Shown here: positions 41,422 through 51,500 of the stretch, one piece after another
How positions within the stretch are numbered: position 1 is the first letter of the stretch
Layout: each line of letters begins with the position of its first letter
Source: an uncultured Pelagibacteraceae bacterium
Lineage (GTDB): Bacteria > Pseudomonadota > Alphaproteobacteria > Pelagibacterales > Pelagibacteraceae
Length of the DNA: 64,000 nucleotides
Direction: 5' to 3'
Assembly: GCA_902633965.1 (NCBI GenBank)
Contig: CACPID010000001.1
Location: 11,845-75,844, forward strand
Program-made: the position numbers and the translations under genes
The notes under the pieces: generated by a model
The model's database searches: none
Told to the model about the DNA's origin: nothing
The model's input: the letters and a program-made list of their open reading frames with translations, nothing else

Positions 41422-43280
41422 TGCCAAAATCAAAGACAGTTTACGAAGATTGTGACGTACTTGTTGTTGGCGGAGGAATGGCCGGAACAGGTGCAACTTT
41501 TGAAGCACGACATTGGGGAAGAGATTTAAAAATTATTTGCGTCGAAAAAGCTAACATAGATAGAAGTGGAGCAGTTGCACAAGGACTATATGCAATTAAT
41601 TGTTACATGGGAATGCAATGGGGAGAAAACCAACCTGAGGACCATGTTCGTTATGCAAGAAATGATTTAATGGGTCTTGTTAGAGAAGACTTAGGTTACG
41701 ACATGGCCCGTCACGTTGACTCAACAGTTCATATGTTTGATGAGTGGGGTTTGCCGATGATGAAAAATAAAGAGACTGGCAGATACCAAAGAGAAGGTAA
41801 ATGGCAAATTATGATCCACGGCGAGAGTTATAAACCAATTGTTGCTGAAGCAGCAAAAAAATCTGCTGATAAAATTTATAATAGAATAATGATAACTCAT
41901 TTATTAATGGATGAGACCAAAGAAAATAGAGTAGGTGGTGCAGTTGGTTTTAATATGAGAACTGGGGATTATCACGTGTTTAGATCTAAAACAGTTATCG
42001 TTGCAGCTGGAGGAGCATCACATATATTTAAACCAAGAGCAGTTGGTGAGGGCATGGGAAGAACTTGGTACGCACCTTGGTCTAATGGATCTGCTTACGC
42101 GCTTCCAATTGCTGCTGGAGCGAAAATGACTCAAATGGAAAATAGAATTGTTTTATGTAGATTCAAAGATGGATATGGTCCTGTTGGTGCATATTTTTTA
42201 CATTTAAAAACGTACACTCAAAATGCAAATGGGGAAAACTATGAGAAGAAATGGTACAATCAAACCAAAGAATTAGTAGGTGAGTATATAGATCATCACC
42301 CAACTCCAACTTGTTTACGAAATCATGCATTTGTTCAAGAGGTAATGTCAGGCAATGGACCTATTCACATGGTAACAAAAGAAGCCTTTCAAGATCCACA
42401 TCTTGAGACTGTTGGCTGGGAAAACTTTCTTGGAATGACAGTAGGCCAAGCTGTAGTTTGGGCGTCACAGAATATAGATCCAAAATATACTAATCCAGAA
42501 CTAACAACATCCGAGCCATATGTTATGGGTTCTCACGCAACATGTTCTGGTGCGTGGGTAAGTGGACCAGAAGATTTATCGCCACCTGAATATTTTTGGG
42601 GTTATAATAGAATGACAACCGTCGAAGGTTTATTTGGAGCTGGAGATACAGTTGGTGGCAGTGCCCATAAATTCTCATCAGGATCATTCACTGAAGGAAG
42701 GTTAGCTGCTAAGGCTGCTGTTAAATATATCGAAGACAAAAAAGCTGAAGATTTGAATGTTTCTAGCAAACAATGTGAAGATTTTAGAGAAGTTATTTAT
42801 AAACCATTAGAGAACTACACGGTTGGAAGAAATGAAATTACAGGTGGAACAGTATCTCCTAGTTATATTTCTCCAATTCAAGGACTTCAAAGACTTCAAA
42901 AAATAATGGATGAATACGTAGGTGGTATCTCGGTAAACTACATGACCAATGAAAATCTACTTAAAAAAGGTTTGGAATTGTTAGATTGGTTAACTGAGGA
43001 CTTAGAGAATGTTGGAGCTGAGGATTATCATCAATTAATGAGAGCTTGGGAACTTAAACATAGAACATTAACTTCTCAGTGCGTAACTGAGCATACTTTA
43101 TTTAGAAAAGAAACTCGTTGGCCAGGCTACTATTACAGAGGAGATTATATGAAATTGGACGATGAGAACTGGCATTGTCTAACAGTTTCTAGAAGAGATC
43201 CAAAAACTGGTAAGTTTACAATGGAAAAACAACCAGTTTATCATATTATTGACGAAAAAGAGAAAAAGCAGGCTTCTTAA
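41421..43280 (+). CDS. aprA: Adenylylsulfate reductase alpha subunit
   Basis: RSGAVAQGL, WQIMIHGESYK, HKFSSGS and ETRWPGYY. Confidence 0.97.
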   Translation: MPKSKTVYEDCDVLVVGGGMAGTGATFEARHWGRDLKIICVEKANIDRSGAVAQGLYAINCYMGMQWGENQPEDHVRYARNDLMGLVREDLGYDMARHVDSTVHMFDEWGLPMMKNKETGRYQREGKWQIMIHGESYKPIVAEAAKKSADKIYNRIMITHLLMDETKENRVGGAVGFNMRTGDYHVFRSKTVIVAAGGASHIFKPRAVGEGMGRTWYAPWSNGSAYALPIAAGAKMTQMENRIVLCRFKDGYGPVGAYFLHLKTYTQNANGENYEKKWYNQTKELVGEYIDHHPTPTCLRNHAFVQEVMSGNGPIHMVTKEAFQDPHLETVGWENFLGMTVGQAVVWASQNIDPKYTNPELTTSEPYVMGSHATCSGAWVSGPEDLSPPEYFWGYNRMTTVEGLFGAGDTVGGSAHKFSSGSFTEGRLAAKAAVKYIEDKKAEDLNVSSKQCEDFREVIYKPLENYTVGRNEITGGTVSPSYISPIQGLQRLQKIMDEYVGGISVNYMTNENLLKKGLELLDWLTEDLENVGAEDYHQLMRAWELKHRTLTSQCVTEHTLFRKETRWPGYYYRGDYMKLDDENWHCLTVSRRDPKTGKFTMEKQPVYHIIDEKEKKQAS

Positions 43281-43295
43281 CTTTAATTGTTAATC

Positions 43296-43646
43296 ATGAG
43301 CTTAATCGAAAAGTCAGATGAGGATATCATCAAGATAGCCGACCCTATTTGGAATAATCTAGTAAAATCCTCAAACATAAAAGATTACGGAGGATTTACT
43401 AAAGATTTTTCATCACAGATGCTTTACGGAGCCAATGAAGTTGAACTTGGCAAACAATGGGCAAATAACGATTTAATATCAAGCCTTAAAGAAAATTGTA
43501 AACCCATGGGCTGTTTAAGAAGAGGAGCCTATGTAACAGTAATCTATAAGCAAAATAGCTCAAAGATACCCGGAGACTTTATCGGCAGGCTTGTTCTCGG
43601 AGAGGAAGGCGGCGATATAAAGGTTTTTGGAGCTACAATATTTTAA
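43296..43646 (+). CDS. Hypothetical protein (116 aa)
   Basis: ATG 15 nt after the aprA stop; ordinary composition; no recognised motif. Confidence 0.6.
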   Translation: MSLIEKSDEDIIKIADPIWNNLVKSSNIKDYGGFTKDFSSQMLYGANEVELGKQWANNDLISSLKENCKPMGCLRRGAYVTVIYKQNSSKIPGDFIGRLVLGEEGGDIKVFGATIF

Positions 43647-43710
43647 TATAAAATTTTAAATTTTGTAATTATAACTTGCAATATTAGGCATATTCGTGTT
43701 ATTTCGGATT

Positions 43711-43854
43711 ATGCTTAAAATTTTAGATATAAAAAAAACTTTTAAGCATATCCCACAAAATTTTAATTCTTTTAATTCTAAGATACTTGTGTATTTGGGT
43801 TTAATTGCTTATTGGGGAGTAATTTTAGTAGGAACTTTTTTTCATATTAATTAG
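43711..43854 (+). CDS. Small single-TM protein (47 aa)
   Basis: Manual translation MLKILDIKKTFKHIPQNFNSFNSKILVYLGLIAYWGVILVGTFFHIN. Confidence 0.45.
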   Translation: MLKILDIKKTFKHIPQNFNSFNSKILVYLGLIAYWGVILVGTFFHIN

Positions 43855-43899
43855 TAATCATAAGTTGACTTTAATATTTTACAGGAATAATTATTCCTA

Positions 43900-44997
43900 A
43901 TGGAGTATTTTCTTCCAATTGCAGAAGTCTATGTAAGTTTACCTTTAATATTTCTTTTAAGTTTATTTGTAGGAGTTTTGTCAGGTCTTTTTGGTGTTGG
44001 TGGAGGATTTTTAATGACTCCGTTTCTTATTTTTATGGGTATTCCACCAGCATATGCAGTCCCTAATGAAGCTAACAATATTTTGGGAACTTCAATATCG
44101 GGATCAACAACTCACTATCTTAAAGGAACTTTAGACTACAAAATGGGTTTGATGATAGTAGTTGGGGGTACGGCGGGAACTTTGCTTGGAATTTTAACTT
44201 TTACTTATTTTAAAGATATTGGAAAAATCAATGTCGTTATTTCATTATCTTATATGTACATACTTGCAATAATTGGAACTTTAATGCTTGTTCAGGGTAT
44301 CACAGAAATAGATAGAGCTAGAAAAAAAATTGTTGTCAAAAAAAAACTCCATGAACACTATTGGATTCATGGATTACCATTTAGGATGAGATTTAAAAAA
44401 TCAAAACTATATGAGAGCGCTTTTACACCAATAATAATAGGATTAATAGTTGGATTTATTGCAGCGATAATGGGTATCGGTGGAGCATTCATTCTTGTTC
44501 CTGCAATGATTTATATAATTGGAATGCCAACTAAATTAATTCCAGGAACTTCATTATTTGTGACTATTTTTATAAGTGCAATTGTGACTGTTTTACATGC
44601 ATTTAATTATGGCTCAATCGACTTAATCTTAGTTACGGTATTAATTTTAGGTTCAATTTTAGGTGTTCAGGTTGGTCAAAAAATCGGGGAGAAAGTAGAT
44701 AGTTCAGAATTTAAAACAATTTTAGCTATTTTGTTACTCTTAGTAGGAATAGCTGTTGCATATGACTCATTTTTTGCAGAACAAGCTTACAATGAGACTA
44801 AAAAAATTGGGATTGAAACATTAGATCCAATAGCAACATTCGTAAGAGATCTTTCAAAAGAAATGCCTATCCTTTATGGAATGTTTTCAATTGTATTGGC
44901 TCTTGTGCTTGGTGTGGGTGCGGCAATCTTGAGAAGATTTTTATCAAATATTAGAAAGAAATATATACATACTGCGCCGCCTGCTTCACAAAAGTAA
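43900..44997 (+). CDS. TauE/SafE family sulfite exporter
   Basis: GLFGVGGGFLMTP, MGIGGAFILVPAMIY and GTSLF. Confidence 0.88.
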   Translation: MEYFLPIAEVYVSLPLIFLLSLFVGVLSGLFGVGGGFLMTPFLIFMGIPPAYAVPNEANNILGTSISGSTTHYLKGTLDYKMGLMIVVGGTAGTLLGILTFTYFKDIGKINVVISLSYMYILAIIGTLMLVQGITEIDRARKKIVVKKKLHEHYWIHGLPFRMRFKKSKLYESAFTPIIIGLIVGFIAAIMGIGGAFILVPAMIYIIGMPTKLIPGTSLFVTIFISAIVTVLHAFNYGSIDLILVTVLILGSILGVQVGQKIGEKVDSSEFKTILAILLLLVGIAVAYDSFFAEQAYNETKKIGIETLDPIATFVRDLSKEMPILYGMFSIVLALVLGVGAAILRRFLSNIRKKYIHTAPPASQK

Positions 44998-45030
44998 TTT
45001 TAATCAGTAAAAAATTTGTTAAAAGTAACT

Positions 45031-45399
45031 ATGAAAAAAATTTTAATTTTCTTTTTTTGCATCCTCAGCTTTAGTGCTGTTGCAATGGAAAAAAATACTA
45101 CTTTTAATAAAGATATATTTACAAAAGCGCAATCTGAAGGAAAAATAGTAGTAGTAAGTTCTTGGATTAAATATTGCAGTTCATGTGCCAGCCAAATGAA
45201 AATTTTGCAAAACGCAGAAAAAGATTTTAAAAATATTCAGTACCTTGCTTTCGATGTAAAAAATAAAGAAATTTCAGAATTACTAAATGTGAAGTTTCAA
45301 ACTACTCTGTTAATTTTTAAAGATAATAAAGAAGTTTATAGAAGTATTGGAGAAATAAGTAAGGAAAAGATTTATAAGGCGATTGAGTCCTCAATATAA
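45031..45399 (+). CDS. Exported thioredoxin-fold protein
   Basis: Signal peptide, YCSSC CxxC and QTTLLIFK..KEV.R. Confidence 0.8.
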   Translation: MKKILIFFFCILSFSAVAMEKNTTFNKDIFTKAQSEGKIVVVSSWIKYCSSCASQMKILQNAEKDFKNIQYLAFDVKNKEISELLNVKFQTTLLIFKDNKEVYRSIGEISKEKIYKAIESSI

Positions 45400-45400
45400 T

Positions 45401-46567
45401 TTAAGCACTTCTATAAAGTTTAGTCATCACAAACTCTTTATGACCCAGAGCTTCAGCGCAAGTAAGTCGACCGTTAGCTACTCTTAAAGTTGCCTTTATC
45501 AATTCATCTCCAGCTTGATTAAGATTCATTTGACGAGAAAGTATTTTTGAAACATCCACATCTATATGTTCACTCATAGTTTTAGCCGTTAATGGATTTG
45601 CTGTTAACTTTATTACTGGCTCGATTGGGTTGCCAATTATATTTCCTTGCCCAGTCGGAAATAAATGAATATTAAAACCACCTGCAGCCTGCAATGTTAC
45701 ACACTCTGCTGCAGCAGACGAAGTATCCATGAAATATAATCCTTTGCCCTTTGTTGGTTCTTCAGCTGGTTCTAAAACATCAATAAATTGTCTAGACCCA
45801 ATTTTTTGAAAGTTTCCAAAAGCTTTTTCTTCAATTGTGGTTAATCCTCCAGCTATATTTCCTGCGGTTGGTTGGCTCTCGGATAAATCATCGGTTGCTT
45901 CTTTTAATATAAAATCATTATAATCACTCCAGGTTTTCATAAATTTTTTCTGTGCTTCTGGTGTTTTTCCTCTTTTGGCACACACTGTTTCAGCGCCGGT
46001 TAACTCTGAAGTTTCGCCAAAGCATAAATGAACACCAAAAGGTTCTAATTTATCCATTAAATTTCCAACGGTAGGATTAGAAGCAAGTCCGGATGTTGTA
46101 TCTGACTCACCACATTTTACAGAAATCCACAAATCGCTCATTGGACATTCTTCTCTTTGTTTTTCTGATGCCCACATTGAAAACTCTTGCGCCTTTTTTG
46201 AGACCTTTGCAATTGTATCTATATCTCCGACTCCCTCAATACTAAAACCTTCTACTGGCTTTCCAGTTTTTGCGATAGCATCTACAATTCTTTTTGTCCA
46301 CTTTGGTTCAATTCCAATAACAATCACTGCTGCAACATTTGGATTTTTTCCAGTACCGATCATTGTTCTAAAATGTAATTCTAAATCTGCACCAAACTGA
46401 AGTCGCCCATAAGAGTGGGGAAGTGCAATTGTGCCTTTTATATTATTTGCTACTGCTTCAGCACATGCGTTTGAAATATCATCAACTGGTAAAATAATTA
46501 CATGGTTTCTAGTACCAGCTCTTCCATTTTCTCTTTTATATCCTAAAAAACTTTTTGGTATTTCCAT
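45401..46567 (-). CDS. suyB: UxaA-family lyase large subunit, probable sulfolactate sulfo-lyase SuyB
   Basis: [38 protein letters not shown] and TTIEEKA; adjacent to xsc and apr. Confidence 0.8.
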   Translation of the reverse strand: MEIPKSFLGYKRENGRAGTRNHVIILPVDDISNACAEAVANNIKGTIALPHSYGRLQFGADLELHFRTMIGTGKNPNVAAVIVIGIEPKWTKRIVDAIAKTGKPVEGFSIEGVGDIDTIAKVSKKAQEFSMWASEKQREECPMSDLWISVKCGESDTTSGLASNPTVGNLMDKLEPFGVHLCFGETSELTGAETVCAKRGKTPEAQKKFMKTWSDYNDFILKEATDDLSESQPTAGNIAGGLTTIEEKAFGNFQKIGSRQFIDVLEPAEEPTKGKGLYFMDTSSAAAECVTLQAAGGFNIHLFPTGQGNIIGNPIEPVIKLTANPLTAKTMSEHIDVDVSKILSRQMNLNQAGDELIKATLRVANGRLTCAEALGHKEFVMTKLYRSA

Positions 46568-46568
46568 A

Positions 46569-46856
46569 TTACCACTTTTTTGTTTTTACGTTATGAACAT
46601 GAACATGCTCACCTTTTTTTATATTTTTAACAACCTTTCCTATGTCGTGACCGTATTTTAATATAGTGTCTCCCTCTTTCAAATCGGTCATTGCTATCTT
46701 ATGTCCCAGGGGTATTTCACTGATAGATTGGATCTTTGCTGATTTATCATTTTCCATTATCCAGCAATTACACTCTTGATTTGGCTTAATTTTTTCAATT
46801 ACAACCACCCCAACGTTGTCTTTTTCATCGTGAATTATGACGTCTGTGCTGCTCAT
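46569..46856 (-). CDS. suyA: SAF-domain small subunit, probable SuyA
   Basis: [19 protein letters not shown] and HVHVHN. Confidence 0.8.
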   Translation of the reverse strand: MSSTDVIIHDEKDNVGVVVIEKIKPNQECNCWIMENDKSAKIQSISEIPLGHKIAMTDLKEGDTILKYGHDIGKVVKNIKKGEHVHVHNVKTKKW

Positions 46857-46938
46857 TATCTATTTCTTGTTTGAAATTCCTAAGATCTTATATATTAATC
46901 ACATTCATTAACAAATAAAAAAATTATAGAGAATTCTT

Positions 46939-48723
46939 ATGACTAAAATGACTACAGAAGAAGCTTTTATAAAAGTTCTTCAAATGCATGGTATAGAACA
47001 TGCTTTTGGTATTATTGGTTCTGCATTCATGCCTATATCAGATTTGTTTCCAAAAGCTGGAATTACTTTCTGGGATGTTGCACATGAAACTAATGGGGGA
47101 TTGATTGCTGATGGTTACACAAGAGCAACAGGTAAAATGTCAATGGTAATAGCTCAAAACGGTCCAGGTATAACTGGATTAGTGACACCAATAAAAACTG
47201 CTTATTGGAATCATACACCACTTTTATTAGTCACACCGCAAGCCGCCAATAAGACTATGGGCCAAGGTGGCTTTCAAGAAGTTGAGCAGATGAATTTATT
47301 TAAAGACATGGTTTGTTATCAAGAAGAGGTAAGAGATCCATCAAGAATGGCAGAAGTGCTAAATAGAGTTATTGAAAAAGCTATAAGGGGATCAGCGCCA
47401 GCACAAATAAATGTTCCAAGGGATTATTGGACACAAATAATAGATATTGATTTACCACCAATAGTTAGATTTGAAAGACAGGGGGGTGGTAAAGATGCAA
47501 TCGATCGAGCAGCTAAATTGTTATCAGATGCAAAATTCCCAGTAATATTATCAGGGGCTGGAGTTGTTATTGGAAATGCTATTGAAGATTGCAAAAAACT
47601 AGCTGAAAAATTAGATGCACCAGTTTGTAACGGATATCAACACAATGATAGTTTTCCTGGAAGTCATCCACTTGCAGTTGGCCCTTTAGGATACAACGGT
47701 TCAAAAGCTGGCATGCAATTAATTTCTAAAGCAGATGTAGTTTTAGCTTTAGGGACAAGACTTAATCCTTTTTCAACCTTGCCTGGTTATGGAATAGATT
47801 ATTGGCCCAAAAATGCAAAGATTATTCAAGTTGATATGAACCCAGATAGAATAGGCCTTACAAAAAAAGTTACTGTTGGAATTTGTGGTGATGCAAAAAT
47901 GGTTGCTCAACAAATTTTAGAAAAATTGTCTAAAACTGCTGGAGACAGCGGTAGAGAGCAAAGAAAAAATTTAATACATCAAACTAAATCTGCGTGGTTA
48001 CAAACTTTAACAGGATTGGATCACGAAGAGGATGATCCTGGCACTGTTTGGAATAAAGAAGCTAGAGAAAGAGATAAAGATAGAATGTCTCCTCGTCAAG
48101 CATGGAGAGCAATACAAGAGGCTATGCCTAATGATGCAATTATTTCTAGTGATATTGGAAATAATTGTGCAATTGGAAATGCATACCCAACATTTGAAAA
48201 AGGAAGAAAATACTTGGCACCTGGATTATTTGGTCCATGTGGATATGGTTTCCCAGCGATTCTTGGAGCGAAAATAGGATGTCCTAATACACCTGTGATA
48301 GGTTTTGCAGGTGATGGTGCGTTTGGTATAAGCATGAATGAAATGAGCTCGTGCGCTAGAAAAGAATGGCCAGCTATAACAATGGTTATATTCAGAAACT
48401 ACCAGTGGGGAGCGGAAAAAAGAAATTCTATTTTATGGTTTGATGATAATTTTGTTGGTACTGAGTTAGATCCAGAACTAAGTTACGCAAAAGTTGCAAA
48501 TGCGTGTGGTTTAAAAGGTGTTACAGTCAAAACTATGGAGGAAACAACAAAAGCCATCAAACAATCCTGTGAAGATCAAAAAAAAGGAATTACAACTTTT
48601 ATAGAAATAATTCTTAATCAAGAATTAGGGGAACCTTTTAGAAGAGATGCCATGAAAAAACCAGTAGAAGTAGCAGGCATTAAAAAGGAGGACATGAAGC
48701 CCCAAATTTCTAAAACAAGTTAA
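46939..48723 (+). CDS. xsc: Sulfoacetaldehyde acetyltransferase (ThDP-dependent)
   Basis: KMTTEEAF, FGIIGSA, SDIGNNC, GDGAFG..NYQWGAEK and LGEPFRRDAM. Confidence 0.93.
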   Translation: MTKMTTEEAFIKVLQMHGIEHAFGIIGSAFMPISDLFPKAGITFWDVAHETNGGLIADGYTRATGKMSMVIAQNGPGITGLVTPIKTAYWNHTPLLLVTPQAANKTMGQGGFQEVEQMNLFKDMVCYQEEVRDPSRMAEVLNRVIEKAIRGSAPAQINVPRDYWTQIIDIDLPPIVRFERQGGGKDAIDRAAKLLSDAKFPVILSGAGVVIGNAIEDCKKLAEKLDAPVCNGYQHNDSFPGSHPLAVGPLGYNGSKAGMQLISKADVVLALGTRLNPFSTLPGYGIDYWPKNAKIIQVDMNPDRIGLTKKVTVGICGDAKMVAQQILEKLSKTAGDSGREQRKNLIHQTKSAWLQTLTGLDHEEDDPGTVWNKEARERDKDRMSPRQAWRAIQEAMPNDAIISSDIGNNCAIGNAYPTFEKGRKYLAPGLFGPCGYGFPAILGAKIGCPNTPVIGFAGDGAFGISMNEMSSCARKEWPAITMVIFRNYQWGAEKRNSILWFDDNFVGTELDPELSYAKVANACGLKGVTVKTMEETTKAIKQSCEDQKKGITTFIEIILNQELGEPFRRDAMKKPVEVAGIKKEDMKPQISKTS

Positions 48724-49961
48724 TGAAATATAGTAACAAGCTTCATTTAATTAAAAAAATATTTGTTGAAAAAATAAAAAAAAATTCAAGATTTAATTAT
48801 CCTTTGTTAACCGATGGATATTCGAGCTCAGATTTACAAGAAGCATCCAAAGTGTTGTTAAGTGGAAGACTTACAATGTCACAAATAACAAAAAAATTTG
48901 AGGAGTATTTTGCGCAAAAAATTGGTTCAAAGTTTGCATTAATGGTAAATTCAGGCTCTTCTGCAAACTTATTAGCTTTATTTTGTTTAATAAATCCACT
49001 CAGAAAAAAAAAACTCAAAAAAGGAGATGAATGTATAGTTCCGGCTCTATGTTGGTCAACATCTTTATGGCCAATAATTCAAGCTGGTCTAAAACCAGTA
49101 TTAGCAGATGTTAATTTAAAAACTTTTACACTTGATCTTGAAAATATTAAAAAAAAAATAACCAAAAGAACAAAAGCTGTTATGATACTGAATGTACTAG
49201 GTAATTGTTCCGAAATGGAAAAAATAAAGACCTATTTGAATAAGAAAAAAATTTTTCTGATAGAAGATTCCTGTGAAGCGTTAGGTTCAAAATATAAAAA
49301 AAAATATCTTGGAACATATGGTGATTTTGGAACCTATTCGTTTTATTATTCGCATCAAGTTACCTCAGGTGAAGGTGGAATGATAGTTTGTAATTCAAAA
49401 GAGGATTTTAATATCTTAAAATCTCTAAGGGCACACGGTTGGGATAGAGAAATTAATAAAAAAAATATAAAAAATTTTAATTTTATTAATGAAGGTTTTA
49501 ATTTAAGACCATTAGATATAACTGCTGCTATTGGTTTCAATCAATTCAAAAGATTAAGTAAACTAAAAAGCACAAGGGCAAAAAATAGAAACAATTTAAT
49601 TAAATTTATTAAATCATCTAAAAAATGGAATGATCAATATTCATTTTTTAACCCTCAAAAAAATCTGGATCCAAGCTGGTTTGGCTTTCCTCTTATGATA
49701 AACAACAAAAGTGTAAAGTCTAAAAAAAGTTTTTTGAAGTATCTAAATAAAAATAAAATCGAAACTAGACCAATAATAAGTGGAAACTTTGCGAACCAAC
49801 CAGCAATAAAAAAATATAACATTAAATATAAAAAAAAAGATTTAAAAAATTCACAAGAAATTGAGGACAGAGGTTTTTTTATTGGTTTACCAACCAAAAT
49901 TCTTGATAGTTCAAAAATAAACAAGATTACAAATTTGCTGCTAAATGTTAATAATTTCTAA
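48723..49961 (+). CDS. DegT/DnrJ PLP enzyme (ColD/RfbH-like dehydratase/aminotransferase)
   Basis: MVNSGSSANL, EDSCE, SFYYSHQ (His in place of Lys) and GEGG. Confidence 0.85.
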   Translation: MKYSNKLHLIKKIFVEKIKKNSRFNYPLLTDGYSSSDLQEASKVLLSGRLTMSQITKKFEEYFAQKIGSKFALMVNSGSSANLLALFCLINPLRKKKLKKGDECIVPALCWSTSLWPIIQAGLKPVLADVNLKTFTLDLENIKKKITKRTKAVMILNVLGNCSEMEKIKTYLNKKKIFLIEDSCEALGSKYKKKYLGTYGDFGTYSFYYSHQVTSGEGGMIVCNSKEDFNILKSLRAHGWDREINKKNIKNFNFINEGFNLRPLDITAAIGFNQFKRLSKLKSTRAKNRNNLIKFIKSSKKWNDQYSFFNPQKNLDPSWFGFPLMINNKSVKSKKSFLKYLNKNKIETRPIISGNFANQPAIKKYNIKYKKKDLKNSQEIEDRGFFIGLPTKILDSSKINKITNLLLNVNNF

Positions 49962-50785
49962 TGTTAAAATGTGGTATAACTGGAGCAAATGGAGTTCTGG
50001 GTAGACGAATAAGAAAAGAATTACCTTATCAATTTTACGTTTATAAAGATAAAATTGAAAATTATAAAAAAGTACAAAAATGGATTAATTCTAAAAAATT
50101 AGATGCAGTATTACACCTGGCAGCCATCGTGCCAACCGATAAGGTAAAAAAAAATTTAAAAAAAGCAAAATCTGTAAATATTGATGGTACTAAAAATATT
50201 ATAAAAGCTATTTTAAAAACACCTAATCCGCCAAATTGGTTTTTTTATGCCTCAACATCTCATGTTTATCCGTCTAATTTAAAAAAAAAAAAATTATCTG
50301 AAACAGATAAAGTAAAACCTTATTCACAATACGGTAAAACTAAGCTAGGTGGAGAAAAAATTGTTAAAAAAAATTTTAAGAATCAGAAGACTAACTTTTG
50401 CATTGGTAGAATTTTTAGCTTCACAGACAGAAATCAAAAAATACCATTTGTTATGCCAAGTCTGGTATCACTAATTAAAAATACTAAAAAAAAACAAGTT
50501 CAGCTTGGCAATTTAAATCATTATAGAGATTTTCTATCAACAAGAGATATAGCTTTGGCAATTAAAATTCTTTGTAATAATAAAAAAAAAGGAATTTTTA
50601 ATATTGGTAGTGGTAAAGGCATTAATTTAAAAAAAATTGCAAAAATTATTGCCAAAAAATTTAAAAAAAGAATAATTTTTTTAACAGATAATAAGCCCAC
50701 TTATCTTATTAGTGACAGTAGTAAATTAAAAAAACTTGGATGGAAATCAAAAAAATTTAAAAATAAAATTAGTTATTTTTACTAA
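49961..50785 (+). CDS. NAD-dependent NDP-sugar epimerase/reductase
   Basis: ITGANGVLG, HLAA, YGKTK and RDFL. Confidence 0.85.
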   Translation: MLKCGITGANGVLGRRIRKELPYQFYVYKDKIENYKKVQKWINSKKLDAVLHLAAIVPTDKVKKNLKKAKSVNIDGTKNIIKAILKTPNPPNWFFYASTSHVYPSNLKKKKLSETDKVKPYSQYGKTKLGGEKIVKKNFKNQKTNFCIGRIFSFTDRNQKIPFVMPSLVSLIKNTKKKQVQLGNLNHYRDFLSTRDIALAIKILCNNKKKGIFNIGSGKGINLKKIAKIIAKKFKKRIIFLTDNKPTYLISDSSKLKKLGWKSKKFKNKISYFY

Positions 50786-50786
50786 A

Positions 50787-51500
50787 ATGAAGAATATTTC
50801 TATTATTATTCCGACATATAAAGAAAAAGAAAATATATTTAAATTAACAAAAAAAATTTTAAATCTTTATCCAAATGTTAATATTTTTGTAATTGATGAT
50901 ACAAAAAACCTAAATTTAAAAAATAAATTTAAAAATAATAAGATTAAATATTTTTTAAGAAGGAACAAAAGGGGCAGGGGATCCGCTGTCATTTATGGTC
51001 TTAAAAAATCTCTTAAAAATAAATCAAATAATATTTTTATAGAAATGGATGCTGACTTTTCACACAATCCAAAAGAATTAAAAAAAAAAATAGAATATTT
51101 TTTTAAAAATAAATTGGATTTGCTTATATCAAGCAGATACCTAGAAAAAAGTAAAATTATTAATTGGTCGATGCAGAGATTAATATTTTCAAAATTATCA
51201 AATATATTAGCAAGTCTGTTGCTTAATGTTGGAGTAACAGACTATACCAATGGCTTTAGAATTTATTCAAGAAGATCGGTGGAACTAATAGTCCGAAAAT
51301 GTGGTAAAATTGGTGATGGATTTATCGTACTATCTGAAATTTTGTTAACCATAAAATTAAAAAAATACAAAATTAGTGAGTTGCCAACTATTTTTGTTAA
51401 TCGAAAAAGAGGGGAAAGTTCAGTTAACCTTAAATTAATTTTTCAATCTCTATTTGGTATTATAAAGTTATATTTAATAAAAATTAAAAATTCAAAATGA
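50787..51500 (+). CDS. GT2 polyprenol-phosphate glycosyltransferase (DPM1-like)
   Basis: IIIPTYKE, MDADFSH, SSRY, DYTNGFR and FVNRKRGES; start MKNIS. Confidence 0.85.
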   Translation: MKNISIIIPTYKEKENIFKLTKKILNLYPNVNIFVIDDTKNLNLKNKFKNNKIKYFLRRNKRGRGSAVIYGLKKSLKNKSNNIFIEMDADFSHNPKELKKKIEYFFKNKLDLLISSRYLEKSKIINWSMQRLIFSKLSNILASLLLNVGVTDYTNGFRIYSRRSVELIVRKCGKIGDGFIVLSEILLTIKLKKYKISELPTIFVNRKRGESSVNLKLIFQSLFGIIKLYLIKIKNSK

